Below are positions 53,295-64,000 of a stretch of DNA of 64,000 nucleotides, piece after piece; positions within the stretch are counted from its first letter, which is position 1; the number at the start of each line of letters is the position of its first letter. The notes under the pieces were generated by a model. It ran no database searches. It was not told the DNA's origin and saw only the letters and a program-made list of their open reading frames with translations. Source of the DNA: Octopus vulgaris. Taxonomy: Eukaryota. Where the stretch lies: assembly GCA_951406725.2 (NCBI GenBank), contig OX597825.1, positions 52,328,001-52,392,000 of the forward strand, written 5' to 3'. A program made the position numbers and the translations under genes.

Positions 53295-53445
53295 TTCGCC
53301 TAATCTATATCTTTTCCACAGAAACCAATAGAATTCAGAAAACATTTAGAAGCCCTGAAGAAGCCCAGGTGAGCTTCCAGAATTATTATTGCTATTGTTA
53401 TTGTTGCTATTATCATCATCATCATGAATATAACTTCCACCACCT

Positions 53446-53509
<64 letters not shown>

Positions 53510-55046
53510 GTCCATGTTTTTACTCATTTCAGTCTGCTTACAGAAAAGAAGAATATTGAATTGCGTAGTTCGATATTAAATTGTGTTGTGGTTGTTAATG
53601 ATTTTTTTTTCTCTTGCAATTGAATTCCTGTGAGTTGGAAAAGCTTATATATTAGGTCACTCACATGATGTTAGCTTAATCTGTGAAACCTCAGTAAGAA
53701 TATATACATACATCTATCTATCTATGTATATGTATAGTTTCCTTACTAGGTTCACTATAATAAAGATAGAGAAAACATACAACTTTGAGATAGAATATGC
53801 TAAGGTTAAAGTATATAATAGATAAGAAAGAAGTAGGAGGAAGATTGTTGGTATAATTGCATTGGGAGATTGACAGAGCAGTTGAAGACTGGTTACAAGC
53901 ATTAAGACAAGGAATTGTCAAAGTACACTATATGAAGAAATGTTGTAACCTAAAAAGAAGGCTGACTAGCAATGAGATCATACTGACATCAAAATGGTAG
54001 ACTAAGTAGTTATGATCTAATAGAAAACATGAAGTAGAACAGTTGGTGTCTTCAAGCTGGGATTTTAAGGCTAAGAATTGACAGGATCATTAGTGCATTG
54101 GATAGAATGCTTCATGATATTTACTCAGACACCTTGTGTTCTAAGTTCAAATCCTGTCAAAGTCAACTCCACTTTTTATTCTTTTGGAGTTAATAAAGAA
54201 TTTACTAATCCAGAGCAGTAGAGTGGTGGAGCTGTTAGAATGCTGAATCAAATATTTTGCAGTATAGTCATCCCCACTTAAACATCGATGTTCTGTAAGA
54301 AGAAAGTGTATTGTGGTAGGTACTATGAGAGAAACTCTCACGTAGGCTTTTGATGCAAAATGCATTCCTGCTTATATTGTTACAGGGAGATAAATCCCCA
54401 TTACCTTCAGTGCTGAAATCTTCAGATCATGTGATTTTGACTTTCCTTAGTCTAGCCAATGATGGATGCTTGACTACTAGAAAAAGCAGTGACTCATCTC
54501 CTTGCTAGTGGTATATAGAGAAACAGAACCAAAATAGGCAATTAGTGTCACAATCAGCCAATGAGCTTGTTAAAAAATATATATATTAGCAACTGAGGCA
54601 GTTTTAATACTGAGAGGAAATATTTATCCCAACTTAAACATGGGGTGTATGTTTTGGTTCTTTGTGTTGAGTTCAGATGCCACTATGGCCTACACAGATG
54701 GTAGACTTAGTTATTCATCCAGTTAAACTTAACCACCTAACACCTTGTATGCCTTTACCAGTTTCCACCTGTGGTGTAAGAATTTGGGTCTCTTGTTTGA
54801 AGATGCCTTCTTCCCTTTAGTCATGGTGGCTCTATAAAGAGTCATGGTCACTGCCTTCCATCCTAAATGATTAAAAAAATTGTTAATAGCCTGATACTAA
54901 ATAAAAGATGTTGGCAATTAACAGAGGGTATAATTAGATTTGCTATGGGCTGATGTTTCACAGCAGGTTTACCATAAAACTTTCCCTATAAGATGGAGTG
55001 GCTATAAATAAACATACTCTCTCTCTCCTTTTTCTCTTCTCTCTCG

Positions 55047-55106
<60 letters not shown>

Positions 55107-56379
55107 CCTAGTTTATCTCTCCCTAGTTTATCTCTCTTCCCCTCTCTTTAACTCTATCTCTCTATCTACCACACAGTGAACTGATTAGTTAGATTATGAT
55201 TTCATTTGTTAATTACATACACCAAACCTGCAAGGGAAGATGTGACATATAAATAAGAATTTAGTAAATAATTTTTCCTTAATTACATATTTTAAAGTCA
55301 TTTTGAAAATCTCTTTTAAAAATACATAAGGCAAGCAAAGCTTGATAAATTATTCTTGTAGTTTCTCTCCAGAATTTGAATTACTTGAAGTGAAAACCCT
55401 ATTAAATATATAATTAGGATAGGTTCTGCAGTATTTTATTCTGAAAAATAAAGATACACAGGAACAAGATTATTAACCCTTTAGGTGCTTTCGCTATTCC
55501 CTCTTGCATCACCATAAACTTTTACAGCAGAATAAACAGTCTACTTTCAGTGATAAAAATCTGATTTTTTAAAAAAGATATTTGCAAATAAATACTTCCC
55601 AGGAATAAATCGTTTCCAGCAATTCAGTTTTATCAAAACTGTTAGAAGATTTTCCAACAATAATTGCAGAAATCTCAATATTCCATGGAATGATTTGGCC
55701 ACTTGAGAATATACTTTTAGACAATTTACAATTTTTAGAAAAATAACCAATATGAAATAAAGGAGAAGAAAAGAAAAAAAAAGAGAAATAGCAATATATA
55801 ATTTGCATACAAAGAAAGGCTATCAGAGCCTTGAAACAGAAGAAACCTGATGGAAAATTTAGTTTATCGGCAAAATTAGTCATGTGATTGAAAACAATCA
55901 GGTTTACCTATCAAGTGGCACAAGAAGTAATTGGTTCCTGTTTTAGCAATTTTGAGAAATGTTTACATGTCCTTTTCTAATATTATCTGGTCTGTGTTTT
56001 TGTTTCATTTGTCTTTACTTTGGAAACACTTCTGTTTTCCTTTTTTATATCACCTTTTTTCACTTGCCTGGTGTTCTTTGGTGATTTTCCACTTTCTCAC
56101 ATTAGTAATACAAGCATCAAAGAGAAGAAAGAAAATGTATTGGCATCATTTCTTTCATTTTCTAGCTAATGCTATAAATTAGACCTTTTTTTGGTCATCA
56201 AAATCTAATCTTTAAGTGTACAACAGAATTGGTGGTTGTGCAATTGAGAAGTTTGTCACCTAGCCACATGGTTTCTGGTTCAGTCCCACTATATGGCACC
56301 TTGGGCAAACGTCTTCTACTGTATGAATGGATTTTGTACATAGAAACTGAAAGAAGCCTGTTGTGTCTATGTTTGTATG

Positions 56380-56412
<33 letters not shown>

Positions 56413-57094
56413 ATATATATATATAAACAAATAACAACAGATGGATTATGGTTCAAAACCTGCAATTCATGTGAATCTCAAATCTATAGACTGTGGTGCA
56501 ATGGATGCAGTGAGTGTACCCATGTATGACATTGGCAACTCGTATATTCAGTCAGCCACAATCAGAGTATAAATCCTTGTTTAATTTAGTAAGAATGTAT
56601 TTGTCCTTAAATATTGTTTGTACGCAATAGTGCTATCACTGACCTGACCTTGGTACTTTACTATTTAAGTACCTGATTCTCTTGAATCCTGGAAATCTTA
56701 TGTATATATATCATCATTATCATCATCATTTAATATCCATTTTTCCTGCTGGCATGGGCTGGACAATTTAACAGGAGCTGGACAGGCAGAACACTGTTGG
56801 CATTGTTTTTACGGCTGGATGCCCTTACTATCACTAAACATCCCAGTGAGTGGACTGAGTGATATTTACATGGCACCAGCATAGGCAAGGTCAGTTTTGG
56901 CATGGTTTTTACAGCTGGATACCCTTCCAAATGCCAAACACTTTACAGTGTGGAGTGGATACTTTTTATGTGGCACCAGCACTGGCAGGCTCACCAAGTA
57001 ACTTGCAAGACAATGAAACTCTGAGAGGTGAGTGGACATTAGAGGGGTAATTTTGTGTCAGATGATGAAATGTTAGAGTGTGACAGGGAGACAG

Positions 57095-57325
57095 AGAGAC
57101 AGAAACTGGTGTCTTTCTGTAGAGGAGGTACAGAGTTACCCAGCCAGATTGAGAGACAGAGGGAAAGAGAGTTAACAAGAACGAGGACAGAAACAGGTGT
57201 GCTACTGTAAAGGAGATACGTTGTTCCAGCCAGAGGGAAGAGCAAGAGAATGATCAAAAATGAAGGCAAAAACAGGTGTAATGCAGCCAAGGAGATACAT
57301 GGTTACCCAGCCAGAAGGAAGAACA
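57095..57325. repeat. Degenerate tandem repeat, 3 units of ~90 bp
   Basis: AAAC(A/T)GGTGT...GGAG.TAC....T.CCAGCCAGA at ~57100, ~57190 and ~57270. Confidence 0.65.
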
Positions 57326-57701
57326 AGAGAGAGAGAGAAAGAGTGAGAGTCAAAGACAGTAAGAGTGCAAGTGAGAAGAGGAAAGAGGTGGTGGAGAAGT
57401 AATCGGGAATACTCACAAGGAATGGAGATCAAAATATAGATGGGATGGTAGAGTAAGGAAGAACGAATTAAATGGTGGCAAGTGCCAGGGCATGCTCTCA
57501 TGGTATGGAGGTCATAATATAAGTGGCAGGGTATTGCCAAGAAAGGCATGAGTTGGGAGTGGGATTGAGGAATGCAGTGACTGCTGAGAACCTGGGTATA
57601 TATGGGGGTGGGGGGTAAGGATTGCAATGATATGGTCAGCAGGGCAGTGAGGACAGGATTGGGGAGTGGGAGATAATCATAGTTTATGAAGAGAAAATGT
57701 G

Positions 57702-57767
<66 letters not shown>

Positions 57768-57770
<3 letters not shown>

Positions 57771-58337
57771 GAATATTTGCCACTTAAATGTGGTTAACCA
57801 CTAAGGGTGGATGCTACTGTAGCTTGTAACCCCAGGAGAACATCTTCCCAGCTGGTTATTGACACCCTTTCTGTGCCCTATGAGTATTTGCAAAGGCAAG
57901 CCATCCTTCCCATCGTTGACCTGACGTGATATGCACAGACCCGGGTTTCTGGGTATTTACCTCATTCAGAGATTTATTACTGCTTGTTTACACTTTTTCG
58001 AGATCAGTGACTTTTCATCACTGGAAAAAGGATATATGTATTTACATTGGGACTCCTTCACATCGAAGATTGGTAATTGTCATGTGCTGACAACGGGTAA
58101 ATACCCAGAAACCTGGGTCTGTGCATATCACGTCAGGTTGACGATGGGAAGGATGGCTTCACTTGCAAATACTTATAGGTCACAGAAAGTGTGTCAATAG
58201 CCAGCTGGAGAAGATGTTCTGGGGCTACAAGCTACAGTAGCATCCACCCTTAATGGTTAGCCACATTTAAGTGGCAAATATACTTCTCATTCTCATGCAG
58301 CTACTGTTTATACTTCGTTCAGAGATTTATTATTGCT
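57768..58337 (+). mobile_element. Non-coding PLE-like element with ~190 bp inverted arms, a 20 bp direct repeat and a minimal hammerhead remnant
   Basis: Arms 57768-57961 / 58096-58286; TTCAGAGATTTATTA.TGCT at 57965-57984 and 58318-58337; CTGACAA-C-GGGT(AAAT)ACCC-A-GAAACCTGGGTC at 58087-58119. Confidence 0.75.
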
Positions 58338-58409
58338 ATATATGTATATATATATATATGTATATATATATAGATCAACATAAAATAAAAACATGATGCG
58401 AAGGATTCA

Positions 58410-58487
58410 GCAGTACATATGTTTCGGGCCTTTATTAGACAGATTTATAACAATGCATAATGTATGTCTGTGGCCTTCTTCAGCCGC
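58410..58487 (-). ncRNA. Type I hammerhead ribozyme (near-intact)
   Basis: Minus strand: GCGG-CUGAAGA-AGGCC...GGCCC-GAAAC-AUAU-GUA/CUGC; palindromic stem III ACAUAUGU; A.C mismatch at the base of stem II. Confidence 0.65.
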
Positions 58488-58535
58488 GCACAACAGCTTC
58501 CGCAAGGACATGTGTTACATCAAAAATTCTTGGTT

Positions 58536-58569
<34 letters not shown>

Positions 58570-58575
<6 letters not shown>

Positions 58576-58994
58576 GAAAGAATGGAGTCGAACGAAGATG
58601 TTAACAAAATTCCTTTACTCTCGACACATGTTTCGATGACAGCTTTGGTTACTATGTAGGCAATCATCGAAATTTTTGTTTGTCTTGTTGTTGAGAGAGG
58701 CTCCTTTTCTTTCCTGATGAGAAGATTGCATAATGCACCCTTTATTCCTTCGGAATGAAAATATGCTGTCTTCGAAACATGTGTCGAGAGTAAAGGAATT
58801 TTGTTAACATCTTCGTTCGACTCCATTCTTTCATTTATTCATATACAACACACAAATTTCTACACATGAACCCAGAGTTTCTACCCTTGACAGGTCGCTT
58901 CAACCGTGTTTTCTGACGTGAATTTGCTACCCAGGTTTTGGTTAAATGAATTTTCCATACTGACGATAAACATAGGATAATTCATTCACCTACT

Positions 58995-58995
<1 letters not shown>
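58570..58995 (+). mobile_element. Non-coding hammerhead-bearing element with a 74 bp inverted duplication, flanked by (TA)n
   Basis: Arms 58570-58643 / 58765-58838 (one mismatch seen); the body is homologous to 63660-64000 (-). Confidence 0.8.
58702..58797 (+). ncRNA. Type I hammerhead ribozyme, intact core, extended stem II
   Basis: Stem I 58702-58713/58786-58797 (11 of 12 paired); CUGAUGA at 58714-58720; stem II GAAGAU-U-GCAUA/UAUGC-U-GUCUUC; GAAAC at 58774-58778; AUGU loop; GUC at 58783-58785 (predicted cleavage after C58785). Confidence 0.85.
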
Positions 58996-59031
<36 letters not shown>

Positions 59032-60639
59032 GTATGTATGTATGTATATGCATATATCTTTTACTTGTTTCAGTTATTACACTGTGGCCATGCTGGGGCA
59101 TAACCTTGAAGAATTTTTAGTTGAATGAATCAACCCAGTACTTTTTTTTTTTTAAGCCTGGTACTTATTCTGTAGATCTCTCTTGCCAAACTGCTAAGTT
59201 ACAGGGATGTAAACACACCAACACCATTTGTCAAGTGGTGGTGGGTGACAAACTCAGACACAAACATCACACACACACACACACACACACACACAACAGG
59301 TATCTTGCTGTTTCTGGCTACCAAGTCCACTCATAAGGCTTTGGTCAGCCCAAAGCTATAATAGAAGGCATTTTGCCCATGATGCCATGCAGCCACACTT
59401 ACAGACAAGATGTAGATGTGTGTGTGTGAGTGTGTTAGCGTCTTTTTGCTTTGACATTGCATGATACTTGAGAATGGGCATCATTGTCATGCATGTAGTG
59501 TCCTTCATTCCTGGTCTTCCATGAAAACATGTCTAGGCATGAAAAATAATATTGCACTTGGAAATAGTATGGGTTGGTGACAGGAAGAACTCTGGAAAAG
59601 CTATAGAAAATCTGCAGCAACAAATTCCATCTGACTTATGTGAACATGGAGAAGTGGAAGTTGAAAAGATGAGGATGATGATGATGATGATTCTCTTCTT
59701 TTTCTTTACCTGTTTGTTTTTGGCATTCCAAACACTACTGTTATTTTCTTTCTCTATTCTTTTTTTAATGGTTTTGAAAGGGATGGAAAATAACAAAACA
59801 GTTATCACAAATATGGTGAGGTAAACAAAATACAGATTCCTTCTGCTCAATTAAATCACTGCTTTTTTATACTTGCTTCTGAAACTAAATTTCCGCGTCT
59901 TAATAAGACATTCAGCAGATTAATCGCAAACTTAACTTTGATAACTCTCTCCATTGGTTTTAGTGAAAACATATGGCTTAAATTCTGAATTGGTTCCTAG
60001 AATTATTCATCGGCTTATAAATAAAAGTTTAAGAAGTTTTTCAAAATACATCCTTAGAATTCTACTTTGGATTCAGTATATCATTTCTTAGATCGTTTTT
60101 ATAGTGAGTTACTGACAGATCAGTATATGGAAAATAAATTCTGCATTTTTAAGAAATGAATTATTCACACATTTAATGTTTATTAATAACTTTCAAAAGC
60201 TTAGCTAACACTTGCAAGCAAATATGATTTGCTGGCTTGTACTACACTTTCATTAATTGTTTTAAGCTTTTATGAAGTCATGAGCAGACATAAATATGCT
60301 CTCAGCTCTTCAAATCAAATGATCAGAACATCAAGAATGTGAAGCTGGAGGAGAGAGATAGAAGGAAGCACAAGGAGTCAGACTTTTCACATTTTTAGCA
60401 GAGTAGAAATAAAATATCTAGCTCAAAGACACAACATTTATGAATTGATTCTCTCTTAAGATAGTTCTAACTTTTAAAATTCAAATTAAAGATTACAGAT
60501 GTCTTTGAATTACTGTTCAATTCAGGCCAATAGAATTGCAAATAATACAATTCATTTCAACTAATATTTGGGTCAACTTTATTTTAATGGCTGCTTTCCT
60601 TTCATTTATTTTTGAAAGTCTTTCACTAATAAGTGCTCT

Positions 60640-62134
60640 CCTTATCTTCTAGGTATCTCTGTAATACTAAAGAAATTCATTGGTATGATATCAGGTAAAA
60701 TAGATCACCCAATACAACTGTTTGGTAGATTCTTAAGGGATCTTCACATCATGGTGGTAACTGGGACGTGTACTCTATTGCTAAATATCTCTTAAATATA
60801 TGGGATGACAGATTCCTGTAATAAGTTCAAGTGAAAAACAATACCAATTACAATGTTGTCAAAAAGGAATTATCCTGTTAAAACCAATGCTGACAATTCC
60901 CATCCCACTGCAAGTCTATATGGAGTCACTCTATAACATGTGAATTCTGAATTGTCCAGTAGCATTAATTGCAATGATTGAATGAGCTGTTCAGCTTTTA
61001 TGTGGTCTCATTACTCTAATCTTGTTTGGAAACATTCAGCTCCCTTTATGTTGTGTCAGGTCAGTCCACCCTGTGCATGCTTGTACATCAAATAACAGTT
61101 CTCTTCCTGTATATGCAATCAGTTACATGTTCTATATTTTCCCATTGACTGTTGACAAACCTCATATTTGGCACTATGTGAGTCACAGTCTTCTCTTTTG
61201 TTTTGTTAATGCCACCTCATTTTTACTGATGAATGATTGCTGCAGTATGTGCCAGTATGGTTGCATTCTTCACTCCCTAACTAAATCTTGGAGTCTTTAT
61301 GATAATGTTCTAAAGACATTTTTGTTTCTGAAATGAATATTATATGAAATTCTTAGAATTTTCTAAATCACCTTTACTAAAAGGCACCCAACACTATAGG
61401 AACACAGCATTGGCCAGGTGGTTCTTGATGTAAGAAATTCTTCAGTGGAAGTCATTTTATTGACTGTATAACTTAATGTTAGAATAAAACGTTTCCTATA
61501 ACCACAATTTTAACTGCTATAGGAACTTGGTTTTGAACTATTATTTTCTCAAACTATTAGAAGAGATTTTCTTAGAGATTAACAATTAGTTTCCAGTGAC
61601 GTATTTTCTCCTATGAAATTTGCTGATGTCTGCAGTCTTCAGGAATAATGTTTGTGGATGTCTTCAACAATTTTGTCATGATGGAAACGATTCGTGAAAG
61701 CTGCACAATTTTGTTTAAACTTACACAGCCATTTTATTATCTTTAATCTCATGTACCTAATGTCAAAGCCATCTGCAGTACAATTGATAAATGTTCTCTT
61801 AGAATTTTTAATATCATTGGAAGTAGTTAGTGTTTGATCAGCTCACAAGAAGCCTTTTGCAAAAAAACATGGCAGAGACAAATCAGTGGACTACCAATTA
61901 TGTACATAATTTGGCTCCAATTGCAACAAAAATATCAAGCATAAAATTTTAATTGGTCTACGAAAGGAATTTTTATAGTAACAAGATATCAGAACCAACA
62001 AAATGTAGTAAAATTAAGAGGGACCTTAACATTGGCCATCACAAGCATTTTTCACACATGGGTTATTTCATTATGATGGCACATTGCAATTTTAATTTTC
62101 AGGTGATATCTTGTAATCAGGGATTAAGGGTTAA
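60640..62134 (+). mobile_element. Possible highly degenerate piggyBac (PGBD-like) remnant
   Basis: Scattered peptides in a plausible order (KKFIGMISG ~60670, GQVVLD ~61412, ETIRES ~61685, cf. GTVRENR) and a terminal AAGGG|TTAA at 62126-62134; weak. Confidence 0.3.
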
Positions 62135-62750
62135 GTAGCAAAAACAATTAAGATTAATAACTTTATAAATATATTAGGATATTAATTCGATTATCTAAGT
62201 GTGTAATTGTTAATTATATATTTATTGACAGGTAATGCAACAGGGAATTATTTTTCTCGCTTATTTAATTAGTTTGATGAGAAGTACAGAGCCTGTAATG
62301 TCTTCAGCTTCTCCCAAATCTCATTTTGGTTTATACAGGCTTCCATCCATCACTGTAAATATTTTAGCTTGTTTGCAAAATATTTCTATACTATTTGAAT
62401 GTTTTACAATTTCTACACTCAGTATTTTAGAAGATAACATTATCATTGAAACAGCTTTTAACTTCATAAAACAATTCAAAAAATTTATCTCATTGTAATA
62501 TGCAATACACCATTGCTTCACTACCCACACTACACCATTCTGGTATAATGCTCACTGTACCACTGCGTTACTACCTACACAATACCTTTATAATATAATA
62601 CTTACTATTTTACTGTATCACTATCCATAATGGACTATTGTATCACTGCCCCACAAAAATTTTACTTATAATATCCAATGCACTACTTCAAAAACCACAC
62701 TAAATTACTATATTATAATGTTCAGCACACAGTACATATATATATATATG

Positions 62751-62834
<84 letters not shown>

Positions 62835-63600
62835 AAGCTACAGCCATACACAGTGGCACCCAATACTGAGTTTCACTTTGCTCTCTTGGTTGAATATAAT
62901 TATGTTGCTCTATCTCTTTTTCCGTTCATATATTTTGCTTTTCTCATACTGTTACATGAAAGTCTAGATGTGATGTGATGTTACACTGTACTGAGTTCTA
63001 ATGACTGGTTGTTTGTCCTTCTATGGCAAAACAGAGTTATAAAATATATGTGTAATTGATCCATAAGTATACAAATGGGATTTATAGTCTATATCTGTGC
63101 ATGTGCAGCCACTGTTTGATGTCAACTGCAGTCATTCAGTAATTGGTCTCTCACCCACAGACTTTAAATGACTGTCTTCGATTGGGAATGTTTTCATATG
63201 TCTTCTATTACTGCCACACACACACACACACACACACACGTTACAATACCCACACGTTATCACCCCCCCACATGCACTCACACACATCCCCACACACATC
63301 TACATACACACACACATACACCTTTCTTCACACTCTCCTGTTCTAGAAAGTACTTTCTCATAGTCCATCTACTTCTGGTTATTGCAAAAATGTAATTACA
63401 GGTAGACTGTTGGCGATTTTTCCTCCCTCTTTTTCTTTTGAACTTTCCTATGTCTCCTGTTTCCAAAGAAAACAACCACTCTTTCCTTCTCTGAGTGTCT
63501 TATCAATACTTTGCATGTGCTATGATCTCACGGTGCTGTTTTTGTCTTTCTACATTTTAAAATTAATTATATACATATATACATATATATATATACATAT

Positions 63601-63655
<55 letters not shown>

Positions 63656-63659
63656 TAGT

Positions 63660-64000
63660 TGAATGAATTATCCTAGTATGGATAATTCGGTTATCCGATA
63701 CCCAGGTAGCAAATTCACGTCAGAAAACACGGTCAAAGCTACATGCCAAGGGCAGAAATCACGTGCTTTCGTGTGGAAATTTGTGTTTTTTTAATATAAA
63801 TAAAGGAAAGAATGGAGTCGAACGACGATTTAACAAAATTCCTTTATTCTCGACATATGTTTCGAAGACTGCATATTCTCAATTCCGAAGGAATAAAGGG
63901 TGCATAATGCCGCCTTCTCATCAGGAAAGACAAGGAACTTATGTCAGCATCATGACGAACAAAAACTTTTAGATGACTGCCCACACGGAGTCCATAGCGA
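63660..64000 (-). mobile_element. Second copy of the 58.6-59.0 kb hammerhead element, running off the window edge
   Basis: GGTAGCAAATTCACGTCAGAAAACACGG and AAAGAATGGAGTCGAACGA match the 58.6-58.9 kb element; adjoins (TA)n. Confidence 0.8.
63839..63937 (-). ncRNA. Type I hammerhead ribozyme, intact core
   Basis: Minus strand: UUCCUUGUCUUUC-CUGAUGA-GAAGG...UCUUC-GAAAC-AUAU-GUC/GAGAAUAAAGGAA; perfect palindromic stem III ACAUAUGU. Confidence 0.82.

Noticed and set aside
55473-62134. One large piggyBac bounded by TTAACCCTT (55473) and AAGGGTTAA (62134)
   Set aside because: The putative TIRs match over only ~5 bp beyond TTAA.

Overview
AT-rich, microsatellite-saturated eukaryotic DNA with no recognisable intact host gene (intergenic or deep intronic). 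The SINE/LINE repertoire resembles that of Octopus genomes, but this assignment is from recall and was not checked by a search. Nearly all interpretable sequence is transposon-derived: three Helitron remnants with recognisable termini, one full-length DD34D mariner with a single in-frame stop plus three mariner derivatives, CR1-, RTE-, Dong/R4- and Tx1-like LINE fragments, Penelope-like (PLE) fragments, and many tRNA-derived SINE copies. The most notable signal is a set of type I hammerhead ribozyme (HHR) motifs in several unrelated short non-coding elements, often with PLE-style inverted duplications. These include apparently intact HHRs at 58702-58797 (+) and 63839-63937 (-), a near-intact one at 58410-58487 (-), decayed ones at about 58082-58126, 49101-49206, 46713-46751/47060-47102, 43480 and 27575, and a tRNA-headed (Pol III-type) element that carries an HHR. 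Most ORFs in the supplied track are microsatellite artefacts. All alignments and base pairings were made by eye.
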